From positions 96,001 to 160,000 of the forward strand of contig JBDRNJ010000004.1 of NCBI GenBank assembly GCA_043811375.1: a stretch of DNA of 64,000 bases. The letters run 5' to 3'. Below the pieces are notes generated by a model. It did no database searches and was not told the DNA's origin. It saw only the letters and a program-made list of their open reading frames with translations. This DNA is from a bacterium. Lineage in GTDB: Bacteria > Zixibacteria > MSB-5A5 > GN15 > FEB-12. The position numbers and the translations under genes were made by a program. Each line of letters begins with the position of its first letter. Position 1 is the first letter of the stretch. Shown here one piece after another: positions 52,501-60,181 of this stretch.

Positions 52501-52699
52501 AATCAGTTGTGTCAAAGTAGAGCTTGCTTATTCCTGCTGGGAAGAAAACGACAGAATAGTCCGCCTTGAACCGGGCCATGCCAAGATGATGTTCCAGAGG
52601 CTCCTGAGTGGAGCCCAACGCGCTGGATCCAAAAACAGCAATACAGACTCCAGCGCTAAGAAGGAGTCGTACCACTCGTTGTAATATGTTACTTAACAT
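49580..52699 (-). CDS. Secreted S8 protease fused to a C25 (gingipain-like) domain, with dockerin
   Basis: S8 triad SDLGVD/HGVAVAG/GTSAAAP; C25 landmarks WVILGGD, SDYYFACLDG, VAVGRLP, SATCWN, GGAVAYVG, LSGDP; dockerin tail. Confidence 0.9.
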   Translation of the reverse strand: MLSNILQRVVRLLLSAGVCIAVFGSSALGSTQEPLEHHLGMARFKADYSVVFFPAGISKLYFDTTDCLDCRETLPPWRFIGALKVDSLVRNGVTETVVKQSHMEGLKITSSGLIDCLAEARVYALGRRFSRSVPYDTLVWNRIRRKTVVVPDLSKHFGILFNRNSTVDSVVALLDAVRELTNVGPVPRAIFDSTCGPLCDNPWIPNDTYGAPWWHTKKRDSVGQGGANLECAWSLLADGARGPVIVGISDLGVDPDHYELEGKLHCCGDGSIYAGDPGHGVAVAGIILAHTNNGFGVRGVAPDAEYIDYNFRDDVDTFSRAEDIVSALTDGCDIISMTWHWLITDTALHDVLVQAKASEVPVICSAGNLEPGNPPYVSAPSVWTDLCISVTCHSAYGNVVNSNHGCDTCDPSIPDFVDVAAPGWGIPTLALLNGYGNFFGTSAAAPVVAGIVALARGYNSELPVDHIVSLLKATADRTGLSGTHDEVFGAGRVDAYGFMLDIVNTSMATTRSSDSVPSIIITDDSLTSAFQPLADLKTKRGTKTEIVTVQDIATGYSGEDLQAKVRACIKDYYQNKYLQWVILGGDGTVVPFRFAYNDLSGPGVIFISDYYFACLDGDWNYDSDTLYGEVEDSVDLTPEVAVGRLPFSTTAEVDNYIAKLDAYESSDSADFQTKALFLGSHMFQDGDGQRASEDIISLFPGVFTITELYDGPGGTASLLNYFQAMNAGKAMVVKHGLAGHEREYMLRVQGTHERLLAENVDTLHNFGKPSVVFSATCWNHRLDQDSSIAERYMKHATGGAVAYVGSTYNDFVLRSHVLTREFFGQLFGNGPKEIGDLLNLGKQVADLEPHREGAGRHAVMGYTLSGDPQMRIWTHGPLTPLQYHLDTVVSGSEIEVVDTVKSETWKPVINMPVCLMKEDDVYQVKHTNSYGVVSFTTTFTSGGVATITLAGDEWYKYDIDSITVLPCCQSIRGNVDGDGWDQIDAGDLTYLVAYLFQGGPEPPCYDEGNVDGADVINVGDLTYLTAYLFQSGSAPPACP

Positions 52700-52888
52700 A
52701 ACTTTCTCCTTACTATGAATCTATAATTAGAGTTCTAACAGAACGAGGAAAGATGCGGTAAACAACACATCGCATCAGCTAATTGAGAGGAATAGGAGGT
52801 CCACGTGGTCGAACCACGTAGTGCAATTCGCACACGCTGTACATAGTAGAAGCCTATTCTCCTCGCGCCTGAGGTGTGAATAAGTTGG

Positions 52889-55282
52889 CTACTTCAGCAA
52901 GATCATTTTCTTCGATTTCGACGAGTTGTCTGCGCTCATCTCGTAGATGTAAACACCGCTTGAAACAGGTTGACCTTGATCATTCGTTCCGTTCCATGGA
53001 ACGGTATATCTGCTGGCCGGATGGTGGCCCTGCACTAATGTCATTATCCGTTGGCCAAGCAGATTATACACACTGAGATCAACGAAGCTGTGGTAACGTA
53101 TATCGTACTCGATGATAGTACATGAATTGAACGGATTAGGGTAGTTTTGATGGAGTTCATATGAGTCTGGCAAGCCAAGACAGGGTCGGTCGGGGTTTCC
53201 TTGACAGACACCTCCAAGGATCTCCATTGCTATCAGACTGTAGTAATCAGCGACATATATTTGTTGGCCAATCGCGTCGATCGCGTGGCCGCTGCCTGGC
53301 ATGTTCGATCGGTCCGCCAGGAAGGGTGATGAGGGATTAGAGACACATATGATCTGCATTCCTGACCTTTGGGTGGTCAGAAACACACAGTTACCAGAAG
53401 CACTCAGACCGGAGATATCATCCACCCCAGTATATACTCCCGCCAGTACGGGCTGGTGTGGGTTCGCAACACATATGATTTGGAAGGATGGCCCTCCTCC
53501 ACTCAAGTACAGGTAGTCTCCGCTGCTCACAATCCTGTTGAATAAGACCTCGGTACCAGGCGAGGGATATGTGGCAACTCTGACCGGCAGGGATGGCGTA
53601 GAAATATCGATGACCTGTAGACCAGAATACCGGTCAGCAACAAAGGCAAAACTATCACGGATTATTATATCCGTCGCCCAATCCGGTGTGTCAAAGCGGC
53701 CCGCCAGTTTCGGGAGGTGTGGACTTGAAACATCTAGAACCAGCAAACCGGAGGGGCCATCTGCTACGTAGGCATACTGTCCTTGATGTGCCACACCTCC
53801 AGCCCAGCCGGGACTATCATAGCGCGAGAGCACTATAGGCAGGGCTGGTTCTGAAATGTCAACCACAGTGAATCCGGATTCAGCGGAGGCAGCATAGAGA
53901 TAGTCACCACATGCGACAATATCCTCCACCTTGGTTATCGTGTTGATACAGGCCAAGCGTCTCATAGCACTGGGATCAGCAATGTCAACAACAGTGATTC
54001 CCCCGGACACATCAGCAACATAGGCATAGGTATCGGTCAGCGCCAAGTCAACCGCATACCCGGACTCGCAATAAGCGCCAAGGAAGTGCGGTATCTGGAT
54101 GTTGGTCACATCAAATAGAATCAGGTCTGGATACTGACAGGACGTGTCGCAAAAAGTCAAGCTGTCAGACACTTCCTCTCTGTTACCACACAGGTCTACG
54201 CTGTAATCATCAGTTGTAGGTGGATTATTCGGCCTGTGTATAACCAGCAATAGATCACCGAAAGGAACTGTCTCCAGCGCAAATCCCGGTGTGTAATAGC
54301 AACTAACAGGCATTGGTGATTCCGGATCGGAAACATCAAGGATGAAGACTCCCGACAGACCTGTCCCCAGGAATGCGTAGCTGTCCGAAACTGCTACGTG
54401 AAAAAGGTTACCATCGAAAGTGTAGCTTGACACCAGTCGCGGCAAGGATGGATCTGCTATGTCGAGGATAGTCAATGCCGAAAAACTGGGCGGCAAACCG
54501 CCGGATTGGTCAGCTACATACAGATGATTATCGGCTATATCCAAGTCTGTGGCCCAAAAAGGCGTGTTATAACGAGCCACTTGAACGGGTGCACTTGGTG
54601 ATAAGATATCAATGATCCACACGTCGCCGGCAGCAATGAATGCGTAACCACCGTTGATTTCTATGTCTTTGGGTACATATCCCTCGACACCTGGGAGCGG
54701 GAAGCTGTCAACAAATAGCGGAGACGAGGGGTCTTCAACGTTGAGAATGTCAATACGGGTACCACAGGCGAGGAACACATTGTTGTCACAGACAGCGATT
54801 GCATACCCGGTGCACCGGGTCTCGTATCTGCCGATTCTGACAGGAACGGACGGGTCGGAGATGTCCAGCACTTCCATCCCGGAACTCCTCATGCCAACGA
54901 ACAGATAATCGCCAGATTTGGCTATACTGAATCCACCATGCTCCAGGTACGTCTGGGAGACAAGTAGTGGATAGCTGGGATCAGCGATGTCGAAGATGCT
55001 CACACCAGAGACCATCGCACAGAACGCGTAATGTTCCTCAACGACAACATCGCGAATCTGGCTCCAGAGTGTGCTTCCAATGTAGTTGAGGGTCACATTG
55101 CCCCCGATCTGAGAGGAAGCTGTAACGTCTGAAAGCTCAATGCTACAATACACTGAAGAATCAATATTAGCGGACTCCACCCCCGATTCGACAACTTGTT
55201 CGCCAAGAGCCAACACATGCAACGCCAAGACCAGCAACACGCATGGAAAGCTGATCAGCTTGCATAAACCCACTGATTTCAT
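52889..55282 (-). CDS. Secreted LVIVD-repeat protein with FlgD/T9SS-like C-terminal domain
   Basis: Many 'YAYVAD..GLxxxDISxPxxP' repeats; LHQNYPNPFN...SSGVYIY...KKMILLK. Confidence 0.92.
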   Translation of the reverse strand: MKSVGLCKLISFPCVLLVLALHVLALGEQVVESGVESANIDSSVYCSIELSDVTASSQIGGNVTLNYIGSTLWSQIRDVVVEEHYAFCAMVSGVSIFDIADPSYPLLVSQTYLEHGGFSIAKSGDYLFVGMRSSGMEVLDISDPSVPVRIGRYETRCTGYAIAVCDNNVFLACGTRIDILNVEDPSSPLFVDSFPLPGVEGYVPKDIEINGGYAFIAAGDVWIIDILSPSAPVQVARYNTPFWATDLDIADNHLYVADQSGGLPPSFSALTILDIADPSLPRLVSSYTFDGNLFHVAVSDSYAFLGTGLSGVFILDVSDPESPMPVSCYYTPGFALETVPFGDLLLVIHRPNNPPTTDDYSVDLCGNREEVSDSLTFCDTSCQYPDLILFDVTNIQIPHFLGAYCESGYAVDLALTDTYAYVADVSGGITVVDIADPSAMRRLACINTITKVEDIVACGDYLYAASAESGFTVVDISEPALPIVLSRYDSPGWAGGVAHQGQYAYVADGPSGLLVLDVSSPHLPKLAGRFDTPDWATDIIIRDSFAFVADRYSGLQVIDISTPSLPVRVATYPSPGTEVLFNRIVSSGDYLYLSGGGPSFQIICVANPHQPVLAGVYTGVDDISGLSASGNCVFLTTQRSGMQIICVSNPSSPFLADRSNMPGSGHAIDAIGQQIYVADYYSLIAMEILGGVCQGNPDRPCLGLPDSYELHQNYPNPFNSCTIIEYDIRYHSFVDLSVYNLLGQRIMTLVQGHHPASRYTVPWNGTNDQGQPVSSGVYIYEMSADNSSKSKKMILLK

Positions 55283-56075
55283 ATAGAGAAACCTCCGAAT
55301 CCAGCAGAACGGGTAGCCACATCATCCGGCTCTGTATTCGAATATAGGTGCCATACCGCCTATCTCCAAGGGATTTGTGGCCACGCTGTCGTTAGGAGGG
55401 TATCTTTGTCAGTGTAGGTGGCAACACAGAGAAACCTACGTGACCAGCGTCATTTCTCTACCCAGAGTCTACCCATGATAAGAGACCTTCTTTGAACAGG
55501 ATAAGAGACACGAAGTATCGAAGCCCGATCGCACGCCATGAGAACCGTTTCCATTTCCATTTCCCAGGCTTATTACTCCCTCTCCTCTAACTCATCCCTA
55601 ACACTCCCAATAACTTAACCCCAGAAACCGAAAGACTCCTCAGGAAACCCAAATCCAACCCGCAATTCACAGAATCACCGAACAAACTGTCAATCTTCCA
55701 CTCAACCGAGACAATAAACCTCAGGTATTCCCGGCGCGAAGCGCCGGGAAACATCAATTTCCGTCCGAAGGACGGCAATCTCTAAGACCCTCAAAATCCA
55801 AGAACACTATAAAAACCCACCGCTACCAATACTCGTAGAACCACCCATGAACCATGTCATTCCAATCCGAAATCAGCCACCTAATCCTCAACTTCGCACC
55901 GGCGCTTCGCGCCGAGTACTCAATTCCCAGCCGCTGGCTCAACCAATCCTCTCTAGCTGAGTCTGGCCGTAGGCAGACCATCCTACTGCCTCGCGCCATC
56001 TTTCTTCAAAATTCTCGGCTCCCGTATAACTGAAGAAAAAGAAAAAAAGAAAAAGAATGGAGAGAGAATCTCTCC

Positions 56076-56333
56076 TTATTGAAAGCCCCTGTAAAGGGCC
56101 ATCTTAGTCTCTTGAAGCACGCACATTAGTTTGTCAACTTCTGCCGCGTTCAAGAGCGTGAGCTTCTTATGTTCCCACTTCTCGCCATCCTTTGTAAAGG
56201 ACTTTTCGACGACTACACTGGGAACGCTTCTGCCATCTCTCTCATGAAGAAAAACAGCACTTCCAAAAGCTCCAATCTTGTGCTTGAAAACCGGTTCCTT
56301 TGAAACCTGAAGCACATCTTGGTTGTCTGCCAT
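56076..56333 (-). CDS. Small protein, PC4/Whirly-like putative ssDNA-binding fold
   Basis: AAGGAGGTGA RBS at 56341-56350; PVFKHKIGAFGSAVF...SVVVEKSFTKDGEKW...L; in frame with an upstream CxxC/CxxC segment starting at 56507. Confidence 0.55.
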   Translation of the reverse strand: MADNQDVLQVSKEPVFKHKIGAFGSAVFLHERDGRSVPSVVVEKSFTKDGEKWEHKKLTLLNAAEVDKLMCVLQETKMALYRGFQ

Positions 56334-56503
56334 TGCACAATCACCTCCTTTCAGTTCTATTGAATCTGCAAGTCCAAGATCATGGGCACAGAGATAACAA
56401 AGCCCTGATTCATAAGGCTCAAGTACCATATCACAGCCTGGGCAGGCCTGTGCCTGATCCAGACATAAAGCCTGCTGAAGAACCTGGTCTAGAGTCCTGG
56501 GGA

Positions 56504-56680
56504 TCATGCTAAACCCCCAAGGACCAATGAGCAATGCTCCTTAGCTCCTTCTGCAAGCAGTTTCTTTTTCTTATCTGCAGGCAGTGAGCTGCACATAACA
56601 TCCATGAGACGCTTGACCGAATCCAACTCTTCTCGTGAGAACCGACCTGGACTTTCTGTTGCTGAAATACTTTGTTTCAT
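56504..56680 (-). CDS. Small hypothetical protein (58 aa, MKQSISATESPGRFSREELD...)
   Basis: GGAGG RBS, ATG 56680, TGA overlapping the next ATG (56507); below the ORF-track cutoff. Confidence 0.55.
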   Translation of the reverse strand: MKQSISATESPGRFSREELDSVKRLMDVMCSSLPADKKKKLLAEGAKEHCSLVLGGLA

Positions 56681-57027
56681 CTTTCCCTCCTGTATGAATT
56701 TAGTTTTGTCATGGCCTGGCTTCGACCAGCACTGGGATAGATATGTTTTTCAGCCAAATGTCTTTGAGAATGGAAGGCCTGTTGAGGTAAACCACAACAG
56801 CCTGACTTCCAAAGGCAGACGCGACGTTTGAGTCAAACCGAAAAACTTACTCAGCCCAGTGGAAGGCATTAAGACAAAACTAAAGAAACATGAGGAAGAT
56901 TGAATTAAATGGACATCAACAGAGAAACCAGGGGGAATGAGAAGACGAGTTCGGCGCAGAGTCATGAATGTTGAAATTTGCTGCTGCAAGACTGATCTGA
57001 AAAAAACTGCTGCAGGGCATTATGTGC

Positions 57028-58320
57028 TCATTGGCCTTGATGACCAGCAGATCCAGTACTCAGAGATTCTCCAGACAGAACAAGGTCAAACCCCCTTTTC
57101 ATATCATAGGGGATGTTTCGAGATTCTGCTTTTTGAGCCAATGAAGCTAATAAGGACAGTACACCTTTGCCAGATTCAAGTGCCTGAAGTTGTGATTGGA
57201 GCTTCTGAAATTGATCTGAAAGATCAGAATGTGACTCCCTCAGAAGCGCAAGCTCTTCACTGAGACCCAAGCTCTCCTTCTGTGCCTTGGAGATTTCATC
57301 CGCCTTAATTGCATTTGCAGTCTCCTTCTCAGAGATGCCTTCTCTATCAATGTATCTATCCACCATGTCACTGGACATTGCCCACCCGTATCTATAGCAG
57401 AGCTGATATCGGTTGAGCTTGTTGGCATAGTATGTTGCTGAGCTGTGCCTGAGCATGTGAGGTGTGACTCTGCGACTCAGTACTCTCCTTCCAAGCCTAC
57501 TAATCAGCATTCTAACAGCCGCGTAGGACATAGGGAAAAGCTGGGCATGCGGGTTGTCCTTCAAAGGATGCTCTGTAAGCCAACCTTTCAAGTATCTAGT
57601 TGATAGAGGCGCAGATACTGTTCGAGGCTTGGTCTTGCTGAATTCCAAGCGGATCATAAAGCAGCCTGTTTCTTCTTTCCAGAACAGATGATCAGCTTTC
57701 AGCCTGACATTCAGTAGTTCTTCAATCCTCGCACCACAGTCAAACAGCACCATTAACAAGGCTTTGTCTCTTGGATTAGAGGACCTTTCAATCAACAACT
57801 GCACATCAGCCCTGGACAAGGCTGGTATTTCTTTGACAGGGGCGTAGGTCTCAATCCACTCCACGAGTTCTGGATATGTCTTGTTGTCGCCATCTTTCCA
57901 TTTCCAGAACTTCCTTATAGCTTTTTTGATTCCTGCCTTTGTCTCATCGCTAAATGGCCTGCCTTTCTTGGTTTGGATGGCATCGGACTCCAAACGCTCA
58001 ACAAACAACTCCATGTCATTCTGAGTAATGGCATCGAAAGGCTTTGTAAACTCACGGCACATAATCTTGAAGTTCGCCAAGTACTTCAGGCATGTAGCAG
58101 GGCCAATTCGTTTCTTGGCTCTTCCAATGACTGTCTTCCCGAGTCTACAGTCTCGAATGAATCTCAGAATTAAATCACGATTCTCTTGGTGAATAATGGT
58201 ATCTCGCACTAGTCCTGCGAGAGCCTTCTCTAAGTAAACAGATGACTTGTGAATGTCGATCTTGCCTTCTGCTGGGATACTGAGATTCTGCTTCATTATC
58301 ATGGATAGGCACTGATCCAC
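57028..58320 (-). CDS. Tyrosine recombinase/integrase (archaeal-like) with C-terminal coiled coil
   Basis: Catalytic R (GARIEE), K (SKTK), HxxR (HMLRH), W (YGW), Y (DRY); true start probably 58302 or 58296. Confidence 0.92.
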   Translation of the reverse strand: MDQCLSMIMKQNLSIPAEGKIDIHKSSVYLEKALAGLVRDTIIHQENRDLILRFIRDCRLGKTVIGRAKKRIGPATCLKYLANFKIMCREFTKPFDAITQNDMELFVERLESDAIQTKKGRPFSDETKAGIKKAIRKFWKWKDGDNKTYPELVEWIETYAPVKEIPALSRADVQLLIERSSNPRDKALLMVLFDCGARIEELLNVRLKADHLFWKEETGCFMIRLEFSKTKPRTVSAPLSTRYLKGWLTEHPLKDNPHAQLFPMSYAAVRMLISRLGRRVLSRRVTPHMLRHSSATYYANKLNRYQLCYRYGWAMSSDMVDRYIDREGISEKETANAIKADEISKAQKESLGLSEELALLRESHSDLSDQFQKLQSQLQALESGKGVLSLLASLAQKAESRNIPYDMKRGFDLVLSGESLSTGSAGHQGQ

Positions 58321-58455
58321 TTAAGCTTTGTCCCTGAAAATGAACAGATCCGTTCTATGGCCCCGAAGAACCGAGAACTAAACTGTTATGATCAGGAACA
58401 TGTGGTGTCGTTTCCGACGACGATTGTACCTGTGTGCAGGTAGAAAGTGACTGGA

Positions 58456-58735
58456 GTATTTATACTTTTCGGTTGATCATAGATTTTCCTGATTGCCTCT
58501 GTTTTCGAGCAGAGCAGCTGAGCGCCCACGCCGAGACGTGAGTACCTTCCTGCACCTTCTTGGGGAGTCGTCGAGAAGTATGTAAGCATTGCCCCTAATC
58601 TGTAACAGAATCGTAGTCCGCCCCGACCGGGAGAAGAACGAAACTGTTACAATTCAGAGCAACAATGCGCTAGTTTATCGTCGATCATGCCTGTTTATAG
58701 GTAGGAAGACGTTGAAGTATCTATACTTTTCGGTT
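58456..58735 (-). promoter_or_regulatory. Two archaeal-type BRE-TATA-like boxes within degenerate direct repeats
   Basis: AACCGAAAAGTATAAATAC (58456-58474) and AACCGAAAAGTATAGATAC (58717-58735), both facing the integrase. Confidence 0.6.
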
Positions 58736-58757
58736 AGTACATTAAGTTCGCCCGGCA

Positions 58758-58973
58758 TTACATTGCGCCAGCAAGCCTGGGGGGCACCCACTGGACAATA
58801 GAATGTCTTACCACATCTCTCTGCGCGAATTCTGAGGCAATTAGAAACAAGGATTGGCTGAGTTGGCTGCCCAGGATCTCCCTAACCACGCCGCCGTATC
58901 GGGCCGATAGCAGTTTGGAGAAATCCTGAGGTCTGTACAGTATCGAGTCATCAATCCGTGGCAATATGATCAT
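58758..58973 (-). CDS. Small hypothetical protein or gene fragment
   Basis: GGAGG RBS and ATGA overlap with the TIR gene. Confidence 0.35.
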   Translation of the reverse strand: MIILPRIDDSILYRPQDFSKLLSARYGGVVREILGSQLSQSLFLIASEFAQRDVVRHSIVQWVPPRLAGAM

Positions 58974-60139
58974 GTGTCCTCCTGATTGCGCAACGAGACG
59001 AGAACCCGTTCGAGTCCACGTCGGAATAGAGACTTGTTATTAGCCCATCCCCGGAAGTCCGCTGCTAATCGACTTCTAATCTGGGGTGCTAACCCAGAAT
59101 CCCAGCCCGTAAACAGGTAATCATCCAGATTTAGGGGAATCAGAACCAGGATTTCTTTACTGTCACGAGCACGCAGAAGCCGCTCCTTCTCTAATGCCGC
59201 AAGGATCTCAGTTTCAACCCACCAGCTATTGAGTGAGGCCTCCGAACAGCACAATACAACTTTGTCTGATCGGCGGATAGCACGGCCAACCTCCTGATGA
59301 ATCCGCTGGCCGGGAAGCAGATGATGTTCATCTATCCAGCACTGAATTCCCCGTCGCCGAAAGGACCTGTGCAAACGATGTGCAAACACCGTGTCCTTGT
59401 GAGAATAAGACAAGAAAGCGGAACCAGACATACCACTGGGGGGAATCAAGTCACGAAAGACCTGTATGTATTTGTCATCCGGCAGCGAATTGCGCAGAAA
59501 GAGTTCAATCTTGCCCTTCAACTCTGAATCGCCATGGACAGCTTGGGCTGTAATATCCAAAGACGTAAGGGAGATTGCACAGGGGGAGTCATGCTGCATC
59601 TCGTCCAGTTCCAAAGCTAGGGAGAGATTGACGCCGTCAAGCGTGGTGTTGCCCAAAACCGCGCGAGAAAGATGACATCCCCTAACATCAACATCGACGA
59701 TAGATGCCTGCTGTAATTGGACACCTCGAAGATCCGCATGCGCAAGGACGGAGCCAGTCAGATTCGCAGACCGCAAGTCGGCCCATCGGAGATTAGCACC
59801 GGTAAGATCAGTGGATGTTAGATTGGCGCCCGCGAGGCTGCAACGGTCGAGAACGGCGCCACGCAGGTTAGCGCCTGTCAAATCGGCCCCATCCAACTGC
59901 ACGTCGGATAGATCAGCACCGCACATATTCGCGCATCTGAGATTAGCAGCGATAAAGCTGGCAAGGCGCAGATCCGCGTCCATGAAGTCACTGCCTCGAA
60001 GATCCTGACCATTGAATGACAAGATGGGCATGGGCAAGTCATCCATTAGACGTGAGGCCTCCGAAGAGGCACGTAATGCCAACGCCTGCGTCCGAGAGGC
60101 CGGCTGTCCGTTCAATAGACTTTCACAAAAGTGCTTCAC
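58970..60139 (-). CDS. Pentapeptide-repeat plus TIR domain protein
   Basis: A(D/N)Lxx repeats; FLSYSHKD, GIQCWID, DKVVLCCSEASLNSWWVETEI, LIPLNLD. Confidence 0.92.
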   Translation of the reverse strand: MKHFCESLLNGQPASRTQALALRASSEASRLMDDLPMPILSFNGQDLRGSDFMDADLRLASFIAANLRCANMCGADLSDVQLDGADLTGANLRGAVLDRCSLAGANLTSTDLTGANLRWADLRSANLTGSVLAHADLRGVQLQQASIVDVDVRGCHLSRAVLGNTTLDGVNLSLALELDEMQHDSPCAISLTSLDITAQAVHGDSELKGKIELFLRNSLPDDKYIQVFRDLIPPSGMSGSAFLSYSHKDTVFAHRLHRSFRRRGIQCWIDEHHLLPGQRIHQEVGRAIRRSDKVVLCCSEASLNSWWVETEILAALEKERLLRARDSKEILVLIPLNLDDYLFTGWDSGLAPQIRSRLAADFRGWANNKSLFRRGLERVLVSLRNQEDT

Positions 60140-60181
60140 AACATATTACTTCAGGGCTTCTGTTGTCTCACCTAACAACAC

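Noticed and set aside
58357..58366. Second tRNA-derived att (TGGCCCCG) upstream of the integrase
   Set aside because: Too short, with no T-arm sequence
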